A stretch of DNA of 63,328 bases, the filler included, from an uncultured Methanosarcinales archaeon (GTDB lineage Archaea > Nanobdellota > Nanobdellia > Woesearchaeales > CAZXZL01): the NCBI GenBank assembly GCA_964645415.1. It is 3 parts of 3 records of this genome, joined end to end, with 100 filler letters (N's around TTAATTAATTAA, not from the genome) between each part and the next. Parts side by side here need not be neighbours in the genome. Positions count along the whole stretch, not along the records: positions 1 to 26,092 come from CAZXZL010000010.1; 2 more parts are not named here. One strand, 5' to 3'. Both the position numbers and the translations under genes were made by a program. Under the pieces are notes generated by a model. The model searched no databases. It was not told where the DNA came from and saw only the letters and a program-made list of their open reading frames with translations. Below, piece by piece: positions 10,030 through 20,983 of the stretch (positions within the stretch are counted from its first letter, which is position 1; every line of letters begins with the position of its first letter).

Positions 10030-10830
10030 ATGACTACACATTATGGACGAGGACTTATTACAAAAAAAAATGTTCGTTTAGATAGTTATTTTTCAGAAGA
10101 TAGTATTTTTGATGTTGAAAAAGATAAAAGTTCTGATATCTCAATAATTTCTGATGGAAAATATGGAAAAAATATAATTTTAAAGAAAAAGAAAAGAAAT
10201 TTTGATAAAGTTGTATATGAATCTTTTATGATGGATTTTTGGAATAACTTATTAGATTTATACTCAAAAGAAAATAATTTGAATCTAAATTCTCCTATTT
10301 CCCATGATATTATTTATGATTTTGATAAAAGAGAATCTATCCTTGCTATGGATTTCTGTCCAGGACGACCTATAAAAAAAATACCTTATTTAAAAAGTGA
10401 TTATCTTGACTTTAATGGTAAAAATGTACATAAAAGTAATGTAATATCTTATTACTCAGGTGTATTAAATAAGATAAAGGATTCTGAATACCTTTTACAT
10501 TCAGATTATGATGATAGACATATTTTATTTTATAATAATCCTGTAAAAAAAATTAATTCAATGTCAGTTATTGATGTTGAAAACTCAAAATTTTCTGAAT
10601 CAAGAGAAGAAGTTAACTCTGAAAGTAAAAATTTAGAAGAAATTTTAAAAAAACATTTTCATAATGATGATGATTATTATTTTTATAATAAAGGTTATGA
10701 ATCAATTGACTCTTTATATTCTAGAGAAGATATCTTCTCAAAGACAGAAAAATCTTTTAATCAAAAATTTAAAAAGAATGAAAAACCTTATGTTGTTGTA
10801 GATCCTTATAATTCAAATGTCTACTGTTAA
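10030..10830 (+). CDS. Hypothetical protein with degenerate protein-kinase-like motifs
   Basis: LAMDFCPG, LLHSDYDDRHIL (HxD catalytic-loop-like), VIDVE (DFG-like). Confidence 0.5.
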   Translation: MTTHYGRGLITKKNVRLDSYFSEDSIFDVEKDKSSDISIISDGKYGKNIILKKKKRNFDKVVYESFMMDFWNNLLDLYSKENNLNLNSPISHDIIYDFDKRESILAMDFCPGRPIKKIPYLKSDYLDFNGKNVHKSNVISYYSGVLNKIKDSEYLLHSDYDDRHILFYNNPVKKINSMSVIDVENSKFSESREEVNSESKNLEEILKKHFHNDDDYYFYNKGYESIDSLYSREDIFSKTEKSFNQKFKKNEKPYVVVDPYNSNVYC

Positions 10831-10898
10831 GTGTAACAAAACATTTATATTTATTTTTTTAACTTCTATTTTAATATTTTTTATATGTTGGTACTAAA

Positions 10899-12866
10899 AT
10901 GAAAACGACTTTTGAAAAGTTCTTTTATCAAGAAATAAATTACAATATTCTTTTTAGTTTATTAATACTTATTATGATTATTACATCTTTATTTTATAAT
11001 CATTTAAATTTAAATGTAATTGGAATAATTTTATTCGTTTTAATCTCTTTAATTGCTATTTTATTTGGATTTAAAATTTCTTTATTTGTCTCTTTTTTAT
11101 CTATTATTTATCTTTTTTTTATTTCTTTTCGTTTAGGTGAATTTCAGATTGAGCTAATTCATGCCTCTTTTGGATACCTTCTAATTTCATTTATTATTGG
11201 TAATTTAAGTAATATAATAAAAGAAAAAGAAAATTCATTAGTTAGTGAAATAAAGCGGAGAAAAAACTTAGAAAAAAAACTAAGACAAAATAAAAATTAT
11301 CTTGAATCTATTTTTAAAGCGATTCCTGAAACAATTATACATTATAATCTAAATGGTGATATTTTACATGTTTGGTTTATTTCTGATAATTCTTTTTTTA
11401 CTAAAGAAGACTTAATTGGTAAAAATTTATCTGATTTATCTGAAGATATTAAAGAAAAGTTATTGGACTCTTGTGATGAAATATTAAATAATAATAGTAT
11501 TATTTCTAAAAAAATTTTTTTAAAAAAAAATAATGAAGAGAAACATTTTGTTGCTAGATTATCTTGTGTAAATAATGAGGATAATGAAAAAGAGATAATA
11601 GCTTCAATTAGAGATATGACCTCTAGGTTTAAAATTGAAAAAGATCTTAATAAAAAAAGAGCACTATTAAATCAATTATTTTCCTCAAATTTTGATGCGA
11701 TAGTACTTTTAGATAATGAAGATAATGTATTAAGAGTTAATAAATCTTTTGAGAATCTTTTTGAATATGATAAAAGTGAAATATTAGGAAAAAAAATAAA
11801 TGATTTGATTGTTCCAAATAATAAATTAAATGAGGCAAATAATCTGTCAAAAAAAGTAATAAATGGTGAAAGTATATTTAAAGAGACTAAGAGAGTTACA
11901 AAAAATGGAGAATTTATTGATGTTTCTATAACAGCAGTCCCTATTAATGTTAATGGAAGACAAATTGGTTTGTATGGTGTTTATAGAGATATTTCTAAAA
12001 GAAAAAAACTAGAGCGTAATATGGAATGGAAATCTTCTCTTTTACATGCTTTATTAAGTAATTTTCCTGATCCTGTTTATTTTAAGGACACTAACTTAAA
12101 TTTTATTTTAGCAAATGATAAAACTGCTAAATCTCTTAAATTATCTTCTAAAGAAGATCTTATTGGAAAATCTGATGAAGATTTTTTACCTAAAGAAGAT
12201 GCTAAGTTATCGAGAACTCAAGAAGAGTATGTTATGGAAAAACAAGAACCATTAAAGATAGAAAAAAAAGTTGATGATGAAAAGTGGGTATTAATGACAA
12301 AAGTTCCTTTTATTGATAGTAATTGTGAGTTAAAAGGGATACTAGGAATTAATTATGATATTTCTGGAAGAAAAAAAGCAGAAATTAAATTAAAAGAAGA
12401 AAAAGATAGAATTGAATATTTATCTTTTCATGATGAATTAACTGGTCTTTATAATCGAAGATTTTTTCAAGAAGAAATTAATCGTTTAGAAAAATCTAGA
12501 TTAAATCCTATTGCAATAATTGTTGCTGATTTAGATGGATTAAAAAAGGTTAATGATGAATATGGACATGATAAAGGAGATGAGTATATTATAAATGCAG
12601 CAAATGTTCTAAAAGAAGTAAGTAGAGATGGAGATATTTTAGCTCGTTTAGGTGGTGATGAATTTTCAATAATACTTCCTGAAACTGATGATAATGGTGC
12701 AAAATCTTTTTGTAAAAGAGCTAAAAAATATTGTAAAAATAAAGGTGTTTCAATTTCAATAGGATATGCAATTAGATATAATGATAAATCCCTTGAAAAA
12801 ATATTTAATATTGCTGATCAAAGAATGTATGATGAAAAGAGAGTTAAAAAAAATTCTAGATGTTAA
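10899..12866 (+). CDS. Membrane-anchored PAS/PAC sensor diguanylate cyclase (GGDEF)
   Basis: N-terminal TM helices, three PAS repeats, HDELTGLYNRRFF, ADLDGLKKVNDEYGHDKGD, RDGD I-site, RLGGDEF, ADQRMY. Confidence 0.95.
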   Translation: MKTTFEKFFYQEINYNILFSLLILIMIITSLFYNHLNLNVIGIILFVLISLIAILFGFKISLFVSFLSIIYLFFISFRLGEFQIELIHASFGYLLISFIIGNLSNIIKEKENSLVSEIKRRKNLEKKLRQNKNYLESIFKAIPETIIHYNLNGDILHVWFISDNSFFTKEDLIGKNLSDLSEDIKEKLLDSCDEILNNNSIISKKIFLKKNNEEKHFVARLSCVNNEDNEKEIIASIRDMTSRFKIEKDLNKKRALLNQLFSSNFDAIVLLDNEDNVLRVNKSFENLFEYDKSEILGKKINDLIVPNNKLNEANNLSKKVINGESIFKETKRVTKNGEFIDVSITAVPINVNGRQIGLYGVYRDISKRKKLERNMEWKSSLLHALLSNFPDPVYFKDTNLNFILANDKTAKSLKLSSKEDLIGKSDEDFLPKEDAKLSRTQEEYVMEKQEPLKIEKKVDDEKWVLMTKVPFIDSNCELKGILGINYDISGRKKAEIKLKEEKDRIEYLSFHDELTGLYNRRFFQEEINRLEKSRLNPIAIIVADLDGLKKVNDEYGHDKGDEYIINAANVLKEVSRDGDILARLGGDEFSIILPETDDNGAKSFCKRAKKYCKNKGVSISIGYAIRYNDKSLEKIFNIADQRMYDEKRVKKNSRC

Positions 12867-12927
12867 TTATTAGTTTGGATTCTTAAAAAATCATTTAATT
12901 TTTATATTAAATCTTTTTTTATTATTT

Positions 12928-14745
12928 ATGAAATTTAGTAAGATTATTTTCATTCTTTTTTTCTTTGTATTTATATTATCCGTTCTTTCAAATAGTTCTT
13001 TTTCTTATTGTATCATAGATTTAGATATTTCATATGAAAGGGAGTTTTTTTTTGATGGTGTTCAAGATGTAGTTTTAGAAACTAATGAGCATCCTATTAA
13101 TTATTCGAATCAAATTTCTAATCCTTCTTTTGAAAAAGAAATGAGAAATATTAAAATTGAGGATAACTTTTATAGTGATGAATTTAAAGTTACTCGTTAT
13201 AATTCTATTAATAATCTAAAAGGAAATATCTCTAATTATCCTTTTGATTTTAATACTAGAAGAGAGTTAGAAAAAAATTATTCAGAATATCTAAACTACT
13301 CTACTTCTATAAAATCTTTAATTGATGAAATCAATATCACTAATAACTCATTAAAAAATGTTTATAAGTTTTCAGAGTATGTTCATAATTATATTGAATA
13401 TGATAGAGAAATAACTCAAGTACAATCTATTGATGAGATTATAGAAAGAAAGACAGGAGTTTGTTTTCATTATTCTAAGTTGTTAGTTAATATTTTGAGA
13501 TATTATGGTTATCCTGCAAGAGAAATGAATGGTTTTGCTTATAGTAATATATATGATGAATTTGAAGGTCATAGTTGGGTTGAAGTATATGTTCCTGATT
13601 TAGGCTGGATTGAGATTGATCCTACTTTTGGAGAACATTTTTTTGTTAATCCAAAGAGAGTATTTATATCATATGGTGATATTAAAAGTCGTTTTGAATG
13701 GAGAGGGAGAGGTGACTTTGATAAAAATACGGAAAGATTTTTTGATATTACTTACAAAAAAGATAACTGTTTTTCTAATGTTTCTTGGGATTTTGAAATT
13801 TATCCTAACGAAGTTAAACCAGGTTCACAAACTCTTTTAACATTAGAATTATCTAATAATCATCCTTATCATATATTTCATTATATTAGTTTTTCATCTC
13901 CTAGTAAATTAGATTTTAAATTTAGTGAACCAATTTTAGTAAAATCTAATAGTAATTTAACCAAAAATATTTTAATTGATGTTCCGGATTCATTTGATGA
14001 AAATTATGTTTATACATTACCTATCGTTGCTTCTGATAGATTTGGAAATATGTACGAATCATCTTTTGATGTAGGTTCTAATTTTAATGATTATCAAATC
14101 TCTAAAGATGAAAAAATGGATAGTGCTTTTTTTATTTCTTTAGAATGTATTGAAGATTATTTTTATGTATTTGAAAATAATTCTATAAATTGTTATTTAT
14201 CTCATGACTCCTTAAAAAACAAATATTTTAATCTCTCAGTAAAATATTCTAATGAAAGTATCTTAAATGAAAGTATATCGGTTGATGTAAATTCTGATGA
14301 ATTAATTTCTATTCAGTTACCTAATAAATCCATTGGATCTCATGATTTAAATTTTTTAATTTCTTCTAATTCTATTGAAAATGATTTTGAAAAAGAATAT
14401 GTGATAAAAAAAGGAAATGCTTCTTTTGATTGTAATTATGATTATCAATCAAATTATTTTAATTGTGATGTCAATTCTTCATTTAATGGTAACTTAGTTG
14501 TAAATCATAATAATGAGTTAATATCAAGAAATCATATAAATGGTTCAGATTCAATTAAAATTGAAAGAGATCTTGAAATTACTGATTTTCAAGAGATATC
14601 TAAAAACTCTTTTAATGTTCAACTAGATTTAAGAACTTCAAAGGGTAGTTATAAAGTTTCAAAAGAATTTATCTATCATTATGAGTACTCATTATTTGAA
14701 TATCTTGTTTTTAAAATTAAAAACTTTTTTTATAATTTGTTTTAA
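12928..14745 (+). CDS. Secreted transglutaminase-like domain protein
   Basis: Signal peptide; TGVCFHYS, GHSWVEVY, IEIDPT Cys-His-Asp triad; beta-rich C-terminus. Confidence 0.88.
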   Translation: MKFSKIIFILFFFVFILSVLSNSSFSYCIIDLDISYEREFFFDGVQDVVLETNEHPINYSNQISNPSFEKEMRNIKIEDNFYSDEFKVTRYNSINNLKGNISNYPFDFNTRRELEKNYSEYLNYSTSIKSLIDEINITNNSLKNVYKFSEYVHNYIEYDREITQVQSIDEIIERKTGVCFHYSKLLVNILRYYGYPAREMNGFAYSNIYDEFEGHSWVEVYVPDLGWIEIDPTFGEHFFVNPKRVFISYGDIKSRFEWRGRGDFDKNTERFFDITYKKDNCFSNVSWDFEIYPNEVKPGSQTLLTLELSNNHPYHIFHYISFSSPSKLDFKFSEPILVKSNSNLTKNILIDVPDSFDENYVYTLPIVASDRFGNMYESSFDVGSNFNDYQISKDEKMDSAFFISLECIEDYFYVFENNSINCYLSHDSLKNKYFNLSVKYSNESILNESISVDVNSDELISIQLPNKSIGSHDLNFLISSNSIENDFEKEYVIKKGNASFDCNYDYQSNYFNCDVNSSFNGNLVVNHNNELISRNHINGSDSIKIERDLEITDFQEISKNSFNVQLDLRTSKGSYKVSKEFIYHYEYSLFEYLVFKIKNFFYNLF

Positions 14746-14944
14746 TTTTTTTAAATAAACTATTTAATTATTTTATTTTTAACATATATATTATTATTAT
14801 TATTATTATTATTATTGGATTATATAATAATATCAAATAATTTATCTTTTTTGTTTATTGAATTACTTTTAAATTAAAGAAATATCTTTTTCATATGTGA
14901 TATATATTTTTATTTATTTCTAATAATATATATTATTTGATAAT

Positions 14945-15694
14945 TTATGAATGTTTTTTAAAATATTCATATGATGCTATTAAATTTTGATAATTCATAA
15001 TAGGTCTTTCAAAAAAACTACCATCATCTATTGATATTCTAGGACATGCTGTATTGATAAAATATTCAATATATGAGAAATCTTTCAAACTGTTATTATT
15101 AAGATTATCTCCTATTATAATATAAAAGCTTTTTTTCTTAAATCTATCTTCTAACCTTTTTTTTGCTTTAAATACTTCTGTGTTTTTTTGGCCAAATTTA
15201 GTTGATACTAATAAACCAATTTCTTTCTTTTTTAGAAAAATGGTATACTTTTTTAGTACTTTTTTTATGCTTTTTTCTATGTTAAAACTGTATTTATTTA
15301 GACCTAATTCAGTAATATAATAAACATTTATATTTTTATTATTTTTACTTAAATAGTTATCAAAATTAATTGAAGTTAGATGGTCATTAATTTGATTTGC
15401 TTTAAATGCTTCTAAATGGAATTTACCCTCACCTAAAAATAAATAATCCCCTGGATCAATTCTATGACAACCTAGTATTTGACCTTTTAAATTAGTATGG
15501 ATACTATTAACTAGTTTTGTTTCTATTTCTCTTTTTTCTAAATATGAACTTATCTTTTTTAATGAATTAATATATTGTCCAATAGATACTAATGTTAATT
15601 TTTTAGGTAATTTATCTATGTTTTGATCTATTGTGTTCTTTATTTTATCTAAATTTACCTTTTTTTCTCCTAAAAAATAATCTATTTTTGTCAT
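14945..15694 (-). CDS. dph2: Diphthamide biosynthesis protein Dph2 (short form)
   Basis: GQILGC, GEGKFH, STKFGQ, INTACPRI. Confidence 0.88.
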   Translation of the reverse strand: MTKIDYFLGEKKVNLDKIKNTIDQNIDKLPKKLTLVSIGQYINSLKKISSYLEKREIETKLVNSIHTNLKGQILGCHRIDPGDYLFLGEGKFHLEAFKANQINDHLTSINFDNYLSKNNKNINVYYITELGLNKYSFNIEKSIKKVLKKYTIFLKKKEIGLLVSTKFGQKNTEVFKAKKRLEDRFKKKSFYIIIGDNLNNNSLKDFSYIEYFINTACPRISIDDGSFFERPIMNYQNLIASYEYFKKHS

Positions 15695-15989
15695 AAATGT
15701 AGAAACTATACTTTATTTATATATTTTATATTTTTATATTAGTATTTAATTATTCTTATTATTCTTATTCTTATTATTCTCGTTATCTTTTTTTTCTTTT
15801 AAAAACTAAATTACTATTAGTTTTCTTTGTTTTAGTTGTTTGATTATTAATTTATTTTATTTATTTCTTAATTTAGGGAAACTTATTTAAATTAGAAGGA
15901 TTTTTTACAAAATGGGCAAAACTTTTTTAAAAGGGTTATTATTTACAATTTTGATAAATATTTTTTTGACCCAGAGAGGGGATGATAAA

Positions 15990-16346
15990 ATGGAAATGAC
16001 AAAAGAATTAATTGATGATGTATTTGAATTGGTTGAAGTAGCAAGAGCTACTGGAAAGATTAAAAAAGGAACTAACGAAACAACAAAGGCAATCGAGAGA
16101 GGAAATGCTGAATTTGTTGCTTATGCTGGAGATGTATCTCCTAAAGAAATTGTTATGCATTTACCTTTACTTTCAAAAGAAAAAGATATCTTATGTCTTG
16201 AAGTTCCAACAAAAAAAGATCTTGGTGCAGCATGTGGTCTTGAATTACCTACAGCATCTGTAGCACTCACTAATCTTGGTGACGGTAAATCTAAACTTAA
16301 TAACATTAAAGAAAAAATTAAAGAACTTGAGAAAGTTGAAGATTAA
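15990..16346 (+). CDS. rpl7ae: 50S ribosomal protein L7Ae
   Basis: GKIKKGTNETTKAIERG, DVSPKEIVMHLP; start moved to ATG 15990 after GAGGGGA. Confidence 0.97.
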   Translation: MEMTKELIDDVFELVEVARATGKIKKGTNETTKAIERGNAEFVAYAGDVSPKEIVMHLPLLSKEKDILCLEVPTKKDLGAACGLELPTASVALTNLGDGKSKLNNIKEKIKELEKVED

Positions 16347-16363
16347 ACCTTTAGGTGTTAAAA

Positions 16364-16612
16364 ATGGCTAAAAAGAAAAAAAATGAATCTAAAGATAAAA
16401 GTATTTTTACAAGGGCTTATCCTGCAGAAGTAGAAGAAATTGTAGGTAGAGTTGGTGCTAAAGGTGAAGCTTACCAAGTTCGTTGTAAAGTTCTTGAAGG
16501 GAGAGATGAAGGTCGTGTCCTTAGAAGAAATACAAAAGGACCTGTTAGAATTGGAGATATTTTAATGCTTCGAGAAACTGAAACTGAAGCAAAGAAGCTT
16601 CGACAAAATTAA
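16364..16612 (+). CDS. rps28e: 30S ribosomal protein S28e
   Basis: [34 protein letters not shown]. Confidence 0.97.
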   Translation: MAKKKKNESKDKSIFTRAYPAEVEEIVGRVGAKGEAYQVRCKVLEGRDEGRVLRRNTKGPVRIGDILMLRETETEAKKLRQN

Positions 16613-16632
16613 AATTTTATTTGGTGATTTTT

Positions 16633-16806
16633 ATGAAATGTACTTTTTGTGGTGATGAGATCCCTCAAGGGACAGGAAAAATGTATGCTAAAAATGATGG
16701 ATCTGTTTATTATTTTTGTTCAAGAAAATGTGAGAAAAGTTTACTTAAGTTAAAAAGAGATCCAAAAAGAGTAAGATGGACTGAAGCATATAGAAAGAGA
16801 AATTAA
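16633..16806 (+). CDS. rpl24e: 50S ribosomal protein L24e
   Basis: CTFCG..IPQGTGKMY..DG..YFCSRKC...RWT. Confidence 0.97.
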   Translation: MKCTFCGDEIPQGTGKMYAKNDGSVYYFCSRKCEKSLLKLKRDPKRVRWTEAYRKRN

Positions 16807-16904
16807 TTTTTATTTTTTTTATTTATATCTAATTTATTGATAAATAATTTAAATAAAAGATTTGAACTATAAATATTTAATATAATATTTAATGAGGTAT
16901 AAAA

Positions 16905-17396
16905 ATGATTGAAAGAACACTTGTATTAATAAAACCTGATGGTGTAAAAAGAGCATTAATTGGTGAAATATTAACTAGGTTTGAAAGAGCTGGTATGAAA
17001 ATTTCTGGTCTTAAAATGGTTTGGCCAGATGACGAAACAACTAAAAATCATTATTCTGAACATGTTGGAAAAGATTTTTTTGATGGATTAAAAGTTTTCT
17101 TAACTTCAGGTCCTGTTGTTGCTATTGTTTTAGAAGGAATTAATGCAGTGAAAAAAGTTAGAAAAATGATTGGGACTACTGAAGCGGGTCAAGCAGAACC
17201 TGGAACTATTAGAGGAGACTTTGGTTTAGCTACATATGATTATGCAGATAGTAATGAATTACCTGTTGTAAATTTAGTTCATGCTTCTGGAAATGTTGAA
17301 GAAGCTGAAAAAGAAATAAATTTATGGTTTGAAAGTGATGAACTTCACGATTATTCTCCTGCTCATGACGACTTTGTTACAGGAAATTTTATTTAG
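16905..17396 (+). CDS. ndk: Nucleoside diphosphate kinase
   Basis: ERTLVLIKPDGVKR, PGTIRGDF, NLVHASG. Confidence 0.98.
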   Translation: MIERTLVLIKPDGVKRALIGEILTRFERAGMKISGLKMVWPDDETTKNHYSEHVGKDFFDGLKVFLTSGPVVAIVLEGINAVKKVRKMIGTTEAGQAEPGTIRGDFGLATYDYADSNELPVVNLVHASGNVEEAEKEINLWFESDELHDYSPAHDDFVTGNFI

Positions 17397-17405
17397 GTGA
17401 TATAA

Positions 17406-19577
17406 ATGGCGAAAATGATAGATCGAATTAAATCAATTTGTGAAAATAAAGAAAAAATTAGGAATATTGGAATTGTTGCTCATATTGATCATGGAAAAAC
17501 AACTTTATCTGACAATTTAATTGCAGGTGCTGGAATGATGTCTGAGGATCTTGCAGGAAAAGCAAGAGCTTTAGATTTTCACGATGATGAAGCTGAAAGA
17601 GGAATTACTATTGACTCTGCAAATGTTTCGATGGTACATGATTATGATGAAGATGAATATTTAATTAATTTAATTGATACTCCAGGACATGTTGATTTTG
17701 GTGGTGATGTAACTAGAGCAATGAGAGCTGTTGATGGAGCAGTAGCATTGACTTGTGCTGTTGAAGGAGTAATGCCTCAAACTGAAACTGTTTTAAGGCA
17801 AGCTTTAAAAGAAAGAGTTAAACCAATTTTATTTATTAATAAATCTGATCGTTTAATCTCCGAATTACAACTTAGTCCTGATGAAATTCAAGAAAGATTT
17901 CTTAATATAATTACTGAAGTTAATAAGTTAATTAAAAGATATGCTGAAGATGAGTATAAAGAGAAATGGCAAGTTGATGTTTCTGATGGTAGTGTTTGTT
18001 TTGGATCTGCTTTTCATAATTGGGCTCTTTCAATACCATTTATGAAAAAGACAGGAATTTCTTTTTCAGATATTATCGATGCTTATGAGAATGATGAAAG
18101 AGAAAAACTTAGAAAGGAAGCTCCACTTCATAGAGTTTTCTTAAATGCTGTAATTAAACATCTACCAAATCCTGAAGTTTCACAAGAATATAGAATCCCT
18201 CGTTTATGGAGAGGTGATTTAGAATCAAAAACAGGAAAATCTTTAGTTAACTGTGACCCTGAAGGACCAGCTGTTTTTGTAGTAACTAAAGTTGTTGCTG
18301 ATAAATATGGTGAAGTTGCTGCAGGTAGGTTATTTTCTGGTTCTATTAATGAAGGAGAAGATATTTATGTTGCAGGGACTAATGAAACTGGACGAGTTCA
18401 ACAAGTTTCAATTTATAATGGTGCAAAAAGAGATCTTATTAAGAAGGCACCTTCTGGAAATATTATTGGTTTAGTTGGTTTAAATGTAAGAGCTGGAGAT
18501 ACTGTTACTAATAAAAAAGATTTAATTCCTTTTGAAAAAATCAAACATATCTTTGAGCCGGTAATTACAAAAGCAATTGAAGCTAAAAAACCTTCTGACT
18601 TACCAAAACTTATTGAAGTTTTAAGGGTTGTAGGTAAAGAAGATCCTTCAATTGAAGTTGAAATTAATGAAGATACTGGTGAACACTTAATCTCTGGTAT
18701 GGGAGAATTACATCTTGATGTTATCGAAAAAAGAATCAAGACTGAAAAGGGAATTGATGTTCAAACAAGTCCTCCTATTGTTGTTTATAGAGAATCCATT
18801 GACGGAAAATCTCCTGAGGTTATGGGTAAATCTCCTAATAAACACAATAAGTTTTTCATGAAAGTTGAAAAGATTCCTGAGGAAATTTATCAAAAAATGT
18901 TAAAAAATGATGTTCCTGAAGGAAGAGTGAAAAAGAAAGATATGAGGATTATTGAAGCATTAGAGGAATGTGGTCTTTCAAAAGAAGATTCAAGAGATGT
19001 TAGAGACATTTATAATGGAAATTTATTTTTAGATAAAACTAAAGGTATTGTTTATATGAATGAAGTAATTGATATGGTCTTAGATAAATTTGAAGATGTA
19101 ATGGATCATGGTCCTCAAGCTAGAGAACCTGGTATTAGGATTATGGTTAAGTTTATGGATGTAAAACTTCATGAGGATGCGATTCATCGTGGTCCTGCTC
19201 AAGTTTATCCTGCAGTGAAAGGAGCAATTCAAACAGCAATTATGAATGCTGAACCTTCAATGTTTGAACCTTTACAAATTTATCAATTTGAAGCACCTTT
19301 AGAATTTATGGGTGATCTTTCAAGTTTAATCTCTTCAAAAAGAGGTCAAATGTTGAATGTTGATCAAGATGAATACTCTGTTGAAATGAAAGTAAAAATT
19401 CCTGTAGCAGAAACTTTTGGTTTAAGTAGTGATCTTAGATCTGCAACTGAAGGAAAAGGAGTAATGTCTTTAGTTGATCAGTTATATGAACCATTACCAA
19501 AAAGTCTAAAAGATGATGTTGTTAGAGGAATTAGAGATAGAAAAGGATTAAAAAATGAAAGTGATGAAGAAGAGTAA
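17406..19577 (+). CDS. fusA: Archaeal elongation factor 2
   Basis: AHIDHGKTT, RGITI, DTPGHVDFGG, NKSD; diphthamide loop HEDAIHRG. Confidence 0.98.
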   Translation: MAKMIDRIKSICENKEKIRNIGIVAHIDHGKTTLSDNLIAGAGMMSEDLAGKARALDFHDDEAERGITIDSANVSMVHDYDEDEYLINLIDTPGHVDFGGDVTRAMRAVDGAVALTCAVEGVMPQTETVLRQALKERVKPILFINKSDRLISELQLSPDEIQERFLNIITEVNKLIKRYAEDEYKEKWQVDVSDGSVCFGSAFHNWALSIPFMKKTGISFSDIIDAYENDEREKLRKEAPLHRVFLNAVIKHLPNPEVSQEYRIPRLWRGDLESKTGKSLVNCDPEGPAVFVVTKVVADKYGEVAAGRLFSGSINEGEDIYVAGTNETGRVQQVSIYNGAKRDLIKKAPSGNIIGLVGLNVRAGDTVTNKKDLIPFEKIKHIFEPVITKAIEAKKPSDLPKLIEVLRVVGKEDPSIEVEINEDTGEHLISGMGELHLDVIEKRIKTEKGIDVQTSPPIVVYRESIDGKSPEVMGKSPNKHNKFFMKVEKIPEEIYQKMLKNDVPEGRVKKKDMRIIEALEECGLSKEDSRDVRDIYNGNLFLDKTKGIVYMNEVIDMVLDKFEDVMDHGPQAREPGIRIMVKFMDVKLHEDAIHRGPAQVYPAVKGAIQTAIMNAEPSMFEPLQIYQFEAPLEFMGDLSSLISSKRGQMLNVDQDEYSVEMKVKIPVAETFGLSSDLRSATEGKGVMSLVDQLYEPLPKSLKDDVVRGIRDRKGLKNESDEEE

Positions 19578-19648
19578 ATGAGAAAATTTTTTAAATAGTT
19601 TTGTTTTTCCTATTATTATTGGAAATTTTATTAGGGGTGAATTATAAT

Positions 19649-20932
19649 ATGGCAAAGAAAAAACCACACATGAATTTGATTTTTATTGGACATGTAGACC
19701 ATGGAAAGTCTACTACAATTGGCCGAATTATGTATGATTCCGGTTCAATTGATGACCAGGAAATGAGAAAGTTGAAAGATAAAGCAAAGGAAGTTGGAAA
19801 GTCTGGATTTGAATTTGCTTTTGCAATGGATAATTTAGAAACTGAAAGAGAAAGAGGTGTAACTATTGCTCTTTCACATAAAAAGTTTGATACAGACAAC
19901 TATTCCTTTACAATTATTGATGCTCCAGGGCACAGTGATTTTGTAAAAAACATGATTACTGGTGCTAATCAAGCAGACGCTGCTGTTTTAGTTGTTGCTG
20001 CTGATGATGGAGTTAATGCACAAACAAAAGAACATGCTTTCTTAGCAAAAGCTTTTGGAATTAGTCAAGTAGTTGTTGCTGTTAACAAGATTGATAAAGT
20101 AAAATATGATGAAGATACTTTTACAAAAGTTAGAAAAGAAGTAAAATCATTATTGAAAAAAGCAGGTTTTAAAGATGATAAAATCGATGTTGTACCAATC
20201 TCTGCTCTAATGGGAGATAATGTTGTAAAGAAATCTGATAACATGGATTGGTATAAAGGTAAAACTTTACTTTCAAAGTTAGATGATTTTGATGAACCTG
20301 AAAAACCAAAAGATTTACCATTGAGAATGCCTATCCAAGATGCATATAAAATTCAAGGAGTAGGTACTGTCTCTGTTGGTAGAATCGAGTCTGGTGAAAT
20401 TAAACCAGGAGAGAATGTTATTATCTTACCAGGAAAAACTGGTGATGGTGTAAAAGGAGAAGTAAAAAGTTTAGAAATGCACCATGAACAATTAGATAGT
20501 GCAGGACCTGGTGACAATGTTGGTGTCAATATCAGAGGTGTTAGTAAAAAAGATATTACAAGAGGAGATGTTATCTCTAGTTCAAAAGATCCAGCTCCTA
20601 TTGTTGAAGAATTTGATGCACAAATTGTTGTAATTGATCATCCAACAGTTATTCCTGAAGGATATACTCCAGTTTTCCATGCTCATACTGCTCAAGTAGC
20701 TTGTCAGCTTGTTGAGTTAAAGAGTAAAATTGATCCAAAAACTGGTCAACCTAAAGGAGAAAAACCAGAATATCTTAAAAAAGGAGATATTGCTATTGTC
20801 AAAGTAAGACCAACAAAACCTTTTGTTCTTGAAACACAAAAGGAAAACCCTTATATGTCTAGATTTGCAATTAGAGATATGGGTAAGACTGTAGCTGCTG
20901 GTGTTGTATTAAAATCTAAAAAGAAAGAGTAA
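19649..20932 (+). CDS. tuf: Archaeal elongation factor 1-alpha
   Basis: GHVDHGKST, ERERGVTI, DAPGH, NKID, RFAIRDMGKTVAAG; start moved to ATG after GGGGTGA. Confidence 0.98.
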   Translation: MAKKKPHMNLIFIGHVDHGKSTTIGRIMYDSGSIDDQEMRKLKDKAKEVGKSGFEFAFAMDNLETERERGVTIALSHKKFDTDNYSFTIIDAPGHSDFVKNMITGANQADAAVLVVAADDGVNAQTKEHAFLAKAFGISQVVVAVNKIDKVKYDEDTFTKVRKEVKSLLKKAGFKDDKIDVVPISALMGDNVVKKSDNMDWYKGKTLLSKLDDFDEPEKPKDLPLRMPIQDAYKIQGVGTVSVGRIESGEIKPGENVIILPGKTGDGVKGEVKSLEMHHEQLDSAGPGDNVGVNIRGVSKKDITRGDVISSSKDPAPIVEEFDAQIVVIDHPTVIPEGYTPVFHAHTAQVACQLVELKSKIDPKTGQPKGEKPEYLKKGDIAIVKVRPTKPFVLETQKENPYMSRFAIRDMGKTVAAGVVLKSKKKE

Positions 20933-20983
20933 ATTTCTTTCTTTTTTATTTTTTTTATTTTATATTTAATTGGAGGTAATAAA

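Noticed and set aside
15912..15989. N-terminal extensions in the ORF track (L7Ae; similarly EF-1A, FtsZ, CBS protein, HTH 32769, ORF 61249)
   Set aside because: Downstream ATGs with RBS or TATA spacing match expected protein starts; the extensions are upstream open-frame noise.
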